Origin: Clostridia bacterium
GTDB taxonomy: Bacteria; Bacillota; Clostridia; UMGS1883; UMGS1540
NCBI GenBank assembly: GCA_045533905.1
Contig: JAZSIR010000001.1
Location: 7,617 to 71,616, forward strand
Direction: 5' to 3'
Length of the DNA: 64,000 nucleotides
In this document: positions 1-8,967 of the stretch, piece after piece
Layout of the letters: the number at the start of each line of letters is the position of its first letter
Numbering within the stretch: the stretch's first letter is position 1
Notes under the pieces: generated by a model
Databases searched by the model: none
The model's input: only the letters and a program-made list of their open reading frames with translations
What the model was told of the DNA's origin: nothing
Translations under genes and position numbers: made by a program

Positions 1-2109
1 GGTGTTATGACAGCATCTATTCAGGCAGTTATGATGCCAAAGCTTGTTCCTGACGCAGAATATATGGAATTTAATTCGATATCAGATTTGATTGCAGCAC
101 TTAACAGTAACAAAATAGATGCTTTTGGCTGCGATGAATCCTTATATACATCAATGCTTTGGGAAGGTCAGGCAGTTGACCGCATTGATGAGCCTATTGA
201 TAAAAGTAATTATGGACTTATATTCCAAAAGGGCAAAAAACTTGAGCTTCAGAACGAGGTTAATGAGTTTATTGCCACGATAAGTGCAGACGGAACGCTT
301 AAAGCGTTGGAAGAAAAATGGTTTGGTGCGAAAGAACCGACAGAGTTTGCATCATATGAAAACTTAAATGGAACAAAGGGCACAATTACAGTTGCCACCA
401 ATTCTGCTTCCATGCCGTTTGTATATCGCAAAAATAATAAATTTGTCGGCTTTGATATTGAATTTATTACCGCCTTTGCCAAAGAATACGGCTATAATAT
501 TAAGTTTGAAGATACAGAATTTGCAGCTATTCTCAGCGGTGTTGGGTCAGGAAGATATGACCTTGGTATATCGGGCATTACCATAACCGATGAAAGAAAA
601 GAAAGTATGGACTTTTCTGATGTTTACCACGTAGAAGATCTTGCTGTAATTATAAGAAGAGAAGCAGGTGCAGATGAACTTTCGCAGTTTAACAGCGCAA
701 CACTCGGTGTTGTTACAGGCTCACTATACGGTGGATATTCTAAAGAGCAGTTCCCGGGCGCAAGCATCAAAGAGTTTAACAACTTCTCTGATGTTCTTGT
801 TGCCTTAAAGCAAGGCAAAGTTGACGGGATTATGCTTGATAAACCAAACTTTAACTCCGTTGCACGAACAGACAAGAGCCTTAAATGTATCATAGTTCCC
901 GCATATTCTGTGGAAATCGGTTTCGGATTCCAGAAAAATGACGGTGGCGATGCACTTCAGGCACAGATGAACGAGTTTTTGGCAAAGCTTGATAGCGATG
1001 GTACAACAGAGAAGCTCATAGATAAATGGTATGGCGAAACAGAGCCGGAAGAGACTATTGCATTAGAAGAACTTAAGGCAAACGAAAAGACACTTAATGT
1101 ATCTATCGACACAACAAGAAAGCCTTTTGTATATATGTATAAAGGAAAACCTGTGGGATTTGAAATTGAAGTCCTTTATATGTTCTGTAAGGAATATGGC
1201 TACAATGTAAATATCTCGGATGTTTCCTTTGCATCAGGACTTGCAGGCTTGGCAAGTGAAAAATATGACCTTGTTTGTGGCGGACTTTATATGACGCCTG
1301 AAAGAAAAGAAAGTGTAAACTTCTCCAATCCTTATATGAACGCAGAAGTTGTTATGGCAAAATGCGAAAGGTCAGGATTTGATAACTTTATGTTATCCAT
1401 TAAGGAGAGCTTTGAAAAAACCTTTGTAAGAGAGCAAAGATGGAAGCTGATTGTAGAGGGTATTTGCACCACAATGATTATAAGCTTGTTCTCCGCTTTG
1501 GGCGGAACACTACTTGGCTTTGCGCTTTATATGGCGGCACGCAGCAAGAAGAAGTGGCTCTCTAAACTTGCTAAAGGAATAGCAAAAGTGTATTCCACAA
1601 TTATTGCAGGCACACCTACGCTCGTTGTACTTATGCTTTTGTTCTATGTGGTATTCACTTCTCCCGATATGAGTGGAATTGTAGTTGCAATCGTCGGCTT
1701 TATACTGACCTTCGGCTCATTTGTTTACGATAATCTTGCATTAACCGTGTCAGGCGTTGACAACGGACAACTTGAAGCTGCATATGCTCTCGGCTATTCA
1801 AGAAACAGAACATTTTTCAGAATCATTCTGCCGCAGGCAATGAAGATGTTTGTGCCAAGTTATTCGGGCGAAATTGTAAACCTCATAAAAGCAACATCCG
1901 TTGTTGGTTATATAGCAGTAAACGACTTAACCAAAATGGGAGATATTATCAGAGGTAATACATACGAAGCTTTCTTCCCGCTTATTGCAGTTGCAGTAAT
2001 TTACTTTGCAATCACATGGGTTATAGCAGGACTTCTCGGAATTTTAAGAAAGAAAACCGAACCAAAAAGAAGAAAGAATAAAAACATATTAAAGGGGGTT
2101 GTAAGATGA
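1..2109 (+). CDS. Polar amino-acid ABC transporter with fused substrate-binding domains and permease (GlnP-like). The 5' end runs off the window.
   Basis: Frame 1 is open from nt 1, and the protein begins in the middle of a type-II binding domain (...EEKWFG). Next come one complete SBD (TITVATNSASMPFVY...DKWYG) and an N-lobe-only SBD of about 95 aa (LNVSIDTTRKPFVY...NPYM). The C-terminal part is a His/Glu/Gln/Arg-type permease with EAA loop EAAYALGYSRNRTFFRIILPQA. Confidence 0.8.
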   Translation, partial: GVMTASIQAVMMPKLVPDAEYMEFNSISDLIAALNSNKIDAFGCDESLYTSMLWEGQAVDRIDEPIDKSNYGLIFQKGKKLELQNEVNEFIATISADGTLKALEEKWFGAKEPTEFASYENLNGTKGTITVATNSASMPFVYRKNNKFVGFDIEFITAFAKEYGYNIKFEDTEFAAILSGVGSGRYDLGISGITITDERKESMDFSDVYHVEDLAVIIRREAGADELSQFNSATLGVVTGSLYGGYSKEQFPGASIKEFNNFSDVLVALKQGKVDGIMLDKPNFNSVARTDKSLKCIIVPAYSVEIGFGFQKNDGGDALQAQMNEFLAKLDSDGTTEKLIDKWYGETEPEETIALEELKANEKTLNVSIDTTRKPFVYMYKGKPVGFEIEVLYMFCKEYGYNVNISDVSFASGLAGLASEKYDLVCGGLYMTPERKESVNFSNPYMNAEVVMAKCERSGFDNFMLSIKESFEKTFVREQRWKLIVEGICTTMIISLFSALGGTLLGFALYMAARSKKKWLSKLAKGIAKVYSTIIAGTPTLVVLMLLFYVVFTSPDMSGIVVAIVGFILTFGSFVYDNLALTVSGVDNGQLEAAYALGYSRNRTFFRIILPQAMKMFVPSYSGEIVNLIKATSVVGYIAVNDLTKMGDIIRGNTYEAFFPLIAVAVIYFAITWVIAGLLGILRKKTEPKRRKNKNILKGVVR

Positions 2110-3197
2110 TTAAGATAAATCACTTAAAGAAAGAATATGCAAATGTTACTCCCTTAAAGGATGTAAATGTTCATATTCATAAGGGCGATGTCATTTCTAT
2201 TATTGGTCCTTCAGGCACCGGTAAATCAACCCTTATCAGATGTATCAATATGCTTGAAACTCCCACTTCCGGCGATATTTTCGTTAACGGTGAACGAATT
2301 ACCGACAAAAAATGTAACATAAACAAAATCCGTCAGAAGATGGGTATGGTGTTCCAATCCTTCAATTTGTTTAACCACATGAACATTATTGAAAACATTA
2401 TGGCAGCACCTATGGACTTACTTAAAAAATCAAAGCAGGATGCTTATGACGACGGTATGGAGCTTCTTCGCACAGTTGGTCTTGCAGATAAAGCCTTTAA
2501 CTATCCCGATGAGCTTTCAGGCGGTCAGAAACAGCGTGTTGCCATAGCAAGAGCACTCGCAATGGAACCCGAAATAATACTCCTTGATGAGCCGACATCG
2601 GCGCTCGATCCCACAATGGTCGGTGAAGTTCAGGCGGTAATTAAAGACCTTGCAAAAAAAGGCTTAACTTTAATGATAGTAACTCACGAAATGCGATTTG
2701 CAAGAGAAATTGCAAACAGAGTTTTCTATATGGATGAAGGCGGTGTTTATGAAGACGGAACACCTGAAGAAATCTTCGATAATCCAAAGCGAGAAAAGAC
2801 AATCAGATTTATTAAGCACCTTAAAGTATTTGAAAATCTTATCACCTCAAAGGATTTCGACTTTATAGGCTTTAATACATCTTTAGAAGAATTCGGCAGA
2901 CGAAATCAGGTTCCGCAGGAAACCATTTACCGCGCACAGTCGGTATTTGAAGAACTTGTTGTGCAATGTCTTCTTCCAAAGCTTGAGGAAGAGTTTACTC
3001 TAAGTATTGCCTTTGAATATTCTCAAGATGAAGAAACACTTTCGATGATTATGAAATATGACGGAGAACATTTCGATGTACGAAATACACCTAATGTTAT
3101 TTCGTTTGCTATTGCTGAAAATGCATCAGAAAGCATTGATTATACTGAGTGTAACGACGGTAATTTTACAAACCTCGTGACGGTGAAAATCAAATAA
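2106..3197 (+). CDS. Amino-acid ABC transporter ATP-binding protein (GlnQ-like) with an extra C-terminal domain of about 120 aa
   Basis: Walker A GPSGTGKST, signature LSGGQKQRVAIARAL, Walker B ILLDEPTSALD, H-loop VTHEM. ATGA overlap with the upstream permease. Residues about 241-363 lie beyond a normal NBD. Confidence 0.9.
   Translation: MIKINHLKKEYANVTPLKDVNVHIHKGDVISIIGPSGTGKSTLIRCINMLETPTSGDIFVNGERITDKKCNINKIRQKMGMVFQSFNLFNHMNIIENIMAAPMDLLKKSKQDAYDDGMELLRTVGLADKAFNYPDELSGGQKQRVAIARALAMEPEIILLDEPTSALDPTMVGEVQAVIKDLAKKGLTLMIVTHEMRFAREIANRVFYMDEGGVYEDGTPEEIFDNPKREKTIRFIKHLKVFENLITSKDFDFIGFNTSLEEFGRRNQVPQETIYRAQSVFEELVVQCLLPKLEEEFTLSIAFEYSQDEETLSMIMKYDGEHFDVRNTPNVISFAIAENASESIDYTECNDGNFTNLVTVKIK
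2826..3194 (+). other. RsbW/SpoIIAB-like (GHKL-fold) pseudo-kinase module fused to ABC ATPase 1
   Basis: Hand alignment to the stand-alone kinase at 13992-14402: QSVFEELVVQC vs IDIAIDELFGNI. FTLSIAFEYSQDEETLSMIMKYDGEHFDV vs ATVRVEVTEDPLAVVITFIDNGVPYDP. IDYTECNDGNFTNLVTVKIK vs IAYEYKDGHNILKIKK. It lacks the N-box Asn and the GGLG box. Confidence 0.5.
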
Positions 3198-3209
3198 CGA
3201 GGTGATAAA

Positions 3210-3563
3210 TTGGAACAGTATAATTTTTCAAACAGCAATATTGACCTTGCCTGTGAGGATGTTGGCGTTTTTCTGACATCGGTCGGAGTGGAAAAACGCG
3301 AAGTTTTGCGAAACAAACTCACCCTTGAGGAAATACTCCTTGAATACCAAGCAAAGTTTGGTGAAGAAGCGAACTTTAAGGTAAGATGCGTAAACCGCTT
3401 TATGACCATCAAGGTTGAGTTAATTGTTTCGGGACGGGTTTACAATCCGCTTGAAAAGAACGAGGAAGAAAACATCATACATGGAATTTTGGCAGGTATC
3501 GGTCTTGCCCCCTCATACGGATACAGAAACGGAAAGAATTATATCATTTTCACTCCCAAGAAA
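3210..3563 (+). other. RsbW-like pseudo-kinase module at the N-terminus of symporter 1
   Basis: NIDLACEDVGVFLTSV / KLTLEEILLEY / FKVRCVNRFMTIKVELIVSGRVYNPLEK / YGYRNGKNYIIF are collinear with NIETVTDFVNEQLEAF / IDIAIDELFGNI / ATVRVEVTEDPLAVVITFIDNGVPYDPLAK / YEYKDGHNILKI of the kinase at 13992-14402. Confidence 0.5.
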
Positions 3564-4781
3564 AAACCGTTGTCAAGCACGGTTAAAATGGGTGTGGCGA
3601 TTGGACTTTCGCTCATTTGCGGTTTTTTCCTTAATCTTCTGCCCGATTCAGTTAGAGCAGGTGCAAGCAAATATGTACTTTCGCCTGTGACCGATGCGTT
3701 TATGGGATTGATTTCGGCTGTATCGATTCCGCTGATTTTCTTGTCTGTCCTTGGTAGCATCTGCTCTATGGGCAACATGGAAACTCTCGGCAAAATTGGA
3801 AAAAAGACCATTAAAACTATTCTCCTGTATTTGACGGCGTTCAGTATACTTATGACAGCACTTGGAAGCTTGTTCTTTCACGTACAGTGGGGTGGCGGAG
3901 GAGCATCAGGTTTCTCACAGGTTTTCGATTTGATTTATAACATCATTCCATCGAATATGTTTGAACCTTTTATAACGGGAAATACTCTGCAGCTTATCTT
4001 CATTTCCATTATAGTTGGACTTGCAATGCTTGTCCTTTCGACAAGAGTGAACGGTGTTTTCAAACTTGTCGAACAGTTGGGCGCGATTGTGCAAACAATT
4101 ATGTCAGGACTTTCATCTATGCTGCCGATTTTGATTTTTGTACTCTTTACGGGAATGATATCCGGCGGAGAGTTCGGAACTCTGCTTGATTCTTGGAAGA
4201 TTATTGCAGTTTTCCTGTTGCTCGTTATGGTTTACTATGCAACAACTGTTTTGTACATTGCATTTAATAAAAAAATTTCGCCGGCTTTGCTATTAAAAAA
4301 GACATGGAAGACGCTTATTATTGCTCTTACAACTGCATCTTCTGCTGCGGCATTCCAAAAAAATATTCGCGATTCAAACAAAAAGTTTGGTATTGACAAA
4401 CGTCTCGCGGAATTTGGGGCATCCTTGGGACAAGTGTTGTTCAGCCCTGCTGATGTTGCTATTCTCATTGCAATGGAGGTTGGGTTTGCGGAAATGTATG
4501 GCATTGCGATCACTCCGCAGTTTTTAATCATTGCGTTGATCACGAACCTACTTTTGTCATTTTCCATTCCTCCCGTACCCGGAGGCTCTGTGATGGGATA
4601 CACTATTGCATTCACACAGCTTGGTATTCCTTTGGAGGTTATGGGTGTTGTTCTTGCCTTGGATGCGATCATTGATTTTCCGGCAACAGCGTGCAACATT
4701 TCGGGATGGCAGCTTACAATGATTGAGGTTGCTGACTCGCTCGATATGCTCGATAAAGAAACACTTTGCAAAAAGAGATGA
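3210..4781 (+). CDS. Dicarboxylate/amino-acid:cation symporter (DAACS/SDF family), paralog 1, with an extra N-terminal soluble domain
   Basis: TTG start 6 nt after GAGGTG. Multiple hydrophobic segments. SDF-type motifs TTASSAAAF, PPVPGGSVMGYT, DAIIDFPATACNISG. The first ~118 aa are non-membrane. Confidence 0.85.
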   Translation: MEQYNFSNSNIDLACEDVGVFLTSVGVEKREVLRNKLTLEEILLEYQAKFGEEANFKVRCVNRFMTIKVELIVSGRVYNPLEKNEEENIIHGILAGIGLAPSYGYRNGKNYIIFTPKKKPLSSTVKMGVAIGLSLICGFFLNLLPDSVRAGASKYVLSPVTDAFMGLISAVSIPLIFLSVLGSICSMGNMETLGKIGKKTIKTILLYLTAFSILMTALGSLFFHVQWGGGGASGFSQVFDLIYNIIPSNMFEPFITGNTLQLIFISIIVGLAMLVLSTRVNGVFKLVEQLGAIVQTIMSGLSSMLPILIFVLFTGMISGGEFGTLLDSWKIIAVFLLLVMVYYATTVLYIAFNKKISPALLLKKTWKTLIIALTTASSAAAFQKNIRDSNKKFGIDKRLAEFGASLGQVLFSPADVAILIAMEVGFAEMYGIAITPQFLIIALITNLLLSFSIPPVPGGSVMGYTIAFTQLGIPLEVMGVVLALDAIIDFPATACNISGWQLTMIEVADSLDMLDKETLCKKR

Positions 4782-4790
4782 GGTGGTTAA

Positions 4791-5144
4791 TTGGAACAGT
4801 ATAATTTTTCAAACAGCAATATTGACCTTGCCTGTGAAGAAGTCGGTGAGTTTCTTTCCAAAGTCGGTGTAGAACGACGCGAGGCTCTCCGAACAAAGCT
4901 CACATTTGAGGAAGTATTGCTTGAATACCAATCCAAGTTCGGAGAGGAAGCCACCTTCAAGGTGAGACTTCTGAAACGCTTGTCCTCTATAAAGGTCGAG
5001 ATCATCGTAGAAGGAGAATCCTACAACGCTCTTGTCAAAAACAGCGACGAGGGTGACGTGATACAAGGTCTGCTTGCAGGTATCGGTCTTGCTCCTACTT
5101 GGAATTACAAGAACGGTAAAAATTACATCGTATTTATACCAAAG
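4791..5144 (+). other. RsbW-like pseudo-kinase module at the N-terminus of symporter 2
   Basis: Same block structure as 3210-3563: NIDLACEEVGEFLSKV, KLTFEEVLLEY, FKVRLLKRLSSIKVEIIVEGESYNALVK, WNYKNGKNYIVF. Confidence 0.5.
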
Positions 5145-6365
5145 AAAAAACCGCTGTCCGGCACGGCCAAAATGGTCGGTGCAATCGGACTTGCGGTGAT
5201 TTGCGGAATTATCTTAAATCTCTTGCCAGACGGAATCAGAGCAGGCGCAAACGATTATGTGCTAACACCCGTAACGAATGCGTTTGTGGGACTTATCTCA
5301 GCAGTATCAGGGCCGCTGATCTTCCTATCGGTTCTCGGCAGTATCTGCTCCATGGGCAATATGGAAACCCTCGGCAAGATCGGAAGTAAGACGATTAAGG
5401 TTATCCTTCTTTATATGACGGTAATCGCAGTATTGATGACCGCATTCGGCTGCCTGTTTTATCACATTGAAATGGGTGGCGGAGGGACATCGAGCTTCTC
5501 GCAGATTCTCGATTTGATCTATGACATCATTCCGTCAAATCTGTTTGAACCCTTTGTAACCGGAAATGCTTTGCAGCTGATCTTCATTTCCATCATGGTC
5601 GGACTTGCAATGCTTGTCCTATCGTCGAGAGTCAGTGGCGTGTTCAAGCTCGTGGAACAGCTCAGCTCCATCGTGCAAACGATTATGTCGGGGCTGTCCT
5701 CAATGCTTCCGATTCTGATATTTGTTCTCTTTACGGGAATGATTTCAAGCGGTAACCTTGGTGCAATTCTCGATTCTTGGAAGATGATATTAGTCATCGT
5801 GCTAATGATTGTAGTTTACTACGTACTGAATCTTCTGCGAATCTCCCTTATGAAAAAGATACCGCCGGCTTTGCTGATGAAGAAAGCGTGGCAGACACTT
5901 CTCATTGCACTTACCACCGCATCCTCGGCTGCCGCGTTCGGTACGAACACCCGTGATGCAAACAAAAAGCTTGGTATTGACAAAAAGCTTGTTGAGTTCG
6001 CAACTCCCATCGGTCAGGTATTGTTTATGCCCGGATATGTCGCCATGCTTTTTTGTATGGAAATGGGCTTTGCGGAATCCTACGGTCTTCCGATTACTCT
6101 ACCGTGGATATTTATCGCTCTTATCACAAATCTTTTGTTATCATTTGCAGTCCCGCCCGTGCCCGGTGGTGCAATGATGGGATTTACGATTGCTTTTACA
6201 CAACTCGGCATTCCTATGGAGGTTATGGGTATTGCGTTGGCGGTGAACGCTATCATTGATTTCCCCTGTACAGCCTGCAATGTTTCAGGATGGCAGCTTA
6301 CTCTTATTGATGTTGCTGACTCACTTAATATGTTGGATAAAGAATCATTACATAAAAATAATTAA
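4791..6365 (+). CDS. DAACS/SDF-family symporter, paralog 2 (tandem duplicate of 3210-4781), with the same N-terminal extra domain
   Basis: Collinear with paralog 1 over its full length. Same TTG start context. Motifs TTASSAAAF, PPVPGGAMMGFT, NAIIDFPCTACNVSG. Confidence 0.85.
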   Translation: MEQYNFSNSNIDLACEEVGEFLSKVGVERREALRTKLTFEEVLLEYQSKFGEEATFKVRLLKRLSSIKVEIIVEGESYNALVKNSDEGDVIQGLLAGIGLAPTWNYKNGKNYIVFIPKKKPLSGTAKMVGAIGLAVICGIILNLLPDGIRAGANDYVLTPVTNAFVGLISAVSGPLIFLSVLGSICSMGNMETLGKIGSKTIKVILLYMTVIAVLMTAFGCLFYHIEMGGGGTSSFSQILDLIYDIIPSNLFEPFVTGNALQLIFISIMVGLAMLVLSSRVSGVFKLVEQLSSIVQTIMSGLSSMLPILIFVLFTGMISSGNLGAILDSWKMILVIVLMIVVYYVLNLLRISLMKKIPPALLMKKAWQTLLIALTTASSAAAFGTNTRDANKKLGIDKKLVEFATPIGQVLFMPGYVAMLFCMEMGFAESYGLPITLPWIFIALITNLLLSFAVPPVPGGAMMGFTIAFTQLGIPMEVMGIALAVNAIIDFPCTACNVSGWQLTLIDVADSLNMLDKESLHKNN

Positions 6366-6384
6366 AAGAAAGAGGTAGATTACT

Positions 6385-6681
6385 ATGACTATCGAAAAAA
6401 ACTTAAACGGAACCGAACTGACAGTTGCCATTGTTGGCAGACTTGACACAACAACCGCACCTGAACTTGAAGCATCTTTAAAAGAAAGCTTTACTGGTGT
6501 AGAAAAACTTGTGCTTGATTTTGCTTCACTTGAGTATCTTTCTTCTGCAGGACTTCGTGTTCTTCTGGCGGCTCAGAAGGCAATGAACAAGCAGGGCGAA
6601 ATGATTATTAAGAATGTAAACGAAACCATCAATGAAATCTTTGAAGTAACGGGATTTATTGATATTTTGACAATCGAATAA
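6385..6681 (+). CDS. STAS-domain anti-sigma-factor antagonist (SpoIIAA/RsbV-like), copy 1
   Basis: 98 aa of typical STAS length. Phospho-serine loop LEYLSSAGLRVLL. RBS AGAGG 9 nt upstream. Confidence 0.85.
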   Translation: MTIEKNLNGTELTVAIVGRLDTTTAPELEASLKESFTGVEKLVLDFASLEYLSSAGLRVLLAAQKAMNKQGEMIIKNVNETINEIFEVTGFIDILTIE

Positions 6682-6701
6682 TTGCTTAGGGAGGGCTTTG
6701 T

Positions 6702-7595
6702 ATGCCGAATTACGATTTTTTGCTTGAGCATAAGCTGAAGGAACTGAATAGTGAGTTTGCATATCGGCATACCTGCTGTATGTCACTTTTTGAGCAAATG
6801 CTGAAAAGGTTTCTCGCCGTATTCCCAACATTTACCGATCATACACTCCTACATACTTTGAGTGTGACAAACATATCAAACCAACTGCTTCGTGAAAATG
6901 TTATGAAATTAAATGCAAGCGAGATATACATATATCTTATGGCGTGTGCTTTGCATGATATTGGAATGGGTGTTTCGGACAAGGACATTGGCTCATTTAT
7001 TGATGCATCCGGTCTCAGAGGATATGTAAACGAACATCCTGAAATATCTAAGCCTAATTTGATACGCAAATTTCACAACGATTTTTCAGCACAGTTTGTA
7101 AAAAAGTATTGGGAGATACTTGAGATACCAAATAAGCGGTATGCTGATGCGATTGCTGAGGTCGGACGAGGGCACAGAAAGACGGATTTGATGGATGAAG
7201 CACTTTATCCTACAGATTACGAACTTGGTGACGGAAGCAAAGCGAATCTTGCCTTGCTTGCGGCACTTATACGACTTTGCGATGAGCTTGATATAGCATC
7301 GGACAGAAACCCTGATTTGCTGTATGATACCGAAACTATGGAGGGTATGAGCGAGAAGGATGTATTTGAGTTTTCCAAGCACGAGGCTATCCATACGCTA
7401 AAGTTTAGTGAGGATAATATTGTGGTTATTGCTGACACAGATAAACCGGATATTGCCGATGGAGTTATAGAGGCGATCCGTACTGTTAAAGAAACTCTTG
7501 AATATTGTCTTTCTGTAATCAGCAAACGTAGTGATTTTCAAATTGATTGCGAAACAATAAAACTGATATTAAATGATAAAGAAGTAGAGGTGTAA
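6702..7595 (+). CDS. HD-domain metal-dependent phosphohydrolase
   Basis: H...HD...D ligand pattern (DHTLLHTL, CALHDIGM, RLCDELD). No further family assignment is possible by eye. Confidence 0.65.
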   Translation: MPNYDFLLEHKLKELNSEFAYRHTCCMSLFEQMLKRFLAVFPTFTDHTLLHTLSVTNISNQLLRENVMKLNASEIYIYLMACALHDIGMGVSDKDIGSFIDASGLRGYVNEHPEISKPNLIRKFHNDFSAQFVKKYWEILEIPNKRYADAIAEVGRGHRKTDLMDEALYPTDYELGDGSKANLALLAALIRLCDELDIASDRNPDLLYDTETMEGMSEKDVFEFSKHEAIHTLKFSEDNIVVIADTDKPDIADGVIEAIRTVKETLEYCLSVISKRSDFQIDCETIKLILNDKEVEV

Positions 7596-7599
7596 AAAT

Positions 7600-8313
7600 A
7601 TGGCAACTGCACATATAAATGCAAAACCGGAGGATTTCGCAAAAACGGTGCTTATGCCCGGCGATCCTCTCCGCGCAAAGCTGATCGCGGAAAAATATCT
7701 TGAAAACGCTGTACTTGTAAATAATGTCAGAGGCGTTCAGGGCTATACGGGTACATATAAGGGCAAACGAGTGTCCGTTATGGCGAGTGGTATGGGAATG
7801 CCGTCAATGGGTATTTATTCTTATGAGCTTTACAAGTTTTTCGGAGTAGAAAACATTATTCGTATTGGTTCAGCAGGTGCTCTTAATACCGATATTTATG
7901 TTCGTGATGTTGTAATCGGTATGGGTTGTTCTACTGATTCCAATTTTGCGGCAAATTACAAGCTTCCCGGAACTTTTGCTCCACTTTGCAGCTACAAACT
8001 GATGGACGCTTGTGTTGAAAGTGCAAAAGAAATGGGTGTAACATATCACGTGGGCAACCTTCTTTCGTCAGATATTTTCTATGGTGATGACGAAACGGCA
8101 AACGACGCCTGGGCAAAGATGGGTGTTATGGCAATAGAGATGGAGGGTGCGGCACTTTATATGAATGCTGCGCGTCTTGGCAAAAACGCCCTTGTTATTT
8201 GTACCGTATCCAATCACATAATCACGGGCGAGGAAACTACTGCTGAGGAAAGACAGAATTCCTTTGGTGAAATGATTACATTGGCACTTGAAACCGCCTT
8301 GAAGTTAGACTGA
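7600..8313 (+). CDS. deoD: Purine nucleoside phosphorylase, DeoD type
   Basis: 237 aa. N-terminus HINAKPEDFAKTVLMPGDPLRAK, plus RIGSAGAL and AIEMEGAALY, all characteristic of hexameric PNP. Confidence 0.9.
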   Translation: MATAHINAKPEDFAKTVLMPGDPLRAKLIAEKYLENAVLVNNVRGVQGYTGTYKGKRVSVMASGMGMPSMGIYSYELYKFFGVENIIRIGSAGALNTDIYVRDVVIGMGCSTDSNFAANYKLPGTFAPLCSYKLMDACVESAKEMGVTYHVGNLLSSDIFYGDDETANDAWAKMGVMAIEMEGAALYMNAARLGKNALVICTVSNHIITGEETTAEERQNSFGEMITLALETALKLD

Positions 8314-8327
8314 CGGAGGGGGTACTG

Positions 8328-8966
8328 ATGGTAGAAATATTGAAGGGACTTGGCATCACCGTTTTTCTGACTGTTGCATGCTTTATAACAGCATCCTTGA
8401 TTGGAGCATTAACTTGTGCCGGCTTTTGCTCTAAAAACAAAATAGTCAGAACGGTATGCAAGATTTATAATGGCTTGGTGATTAAGATTCCTCCGCTCGT
8501 TATGTTAATGCTTTTCGCATTAGTCGTTATGGGCGACCGTAATAAAGGAACTATATTTATTGCTTTTGTAGGACTGTCTCTTTTTGTTGCAGCAAATCTT
8601 ACCGGTGTTTTCTGTGGCGGTGTTTTTTCCGTTGCAAATGGAGAAATTGAAGCGGCTCGCACGTTGGGAATGAACAAGATTCAAACATTTTTTCATGTTA
8701 TGTTACCTCAGATAATTGAAAACATTGTTCCGGTATATATGTCAATGTTTGTGATGTGTATGCAGATTACAAGTGTGGCATCCGTTATTGGAGTAGGTGA
8801 ATTTCTTAGCGTAACCGATGGTATTTCCGATGCTGTAATTGGAATTGTGATTTCGATTTCAGGTTATTTTGTTATTGGAACACTCGGTGATTTCGTTATC
8901 ACCCGTATAGGAAAGATAAAACATATTAAAGCAAAGGATTATCCTGGAAAGGCGGAGGTGAGATAA
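8328..8966 (+). CDS. Amino-acid ABC transporter permease (no adjacent binding protein)
   Basis: 212 aa, hydrophobic, with EAA loop EIEAARTLGMNKIQTFFHVMLPQ. Immediately followed by an ATPase gene. Confidence 0.8.
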   Translation: MVEILKGLGITVFLTVACFITASLIGALTCAGFCSKNKIVRTVCKIYNGLVIKIPPLVMLMLFALVVMGDRNKGTIFIAFVGLSLFVAANLTGVFCGGVFSVANGEIEAARTLGMNKIQTFFHVMLPQIIENIVPVYMSMFVMCMQITSVASVIGVGEFLSVTDGISDAVIGIVISISGYFVIGTLGDFVITRIGKIKHIKAKDYPGKAEVR

Positions 8967-8967
8967 G

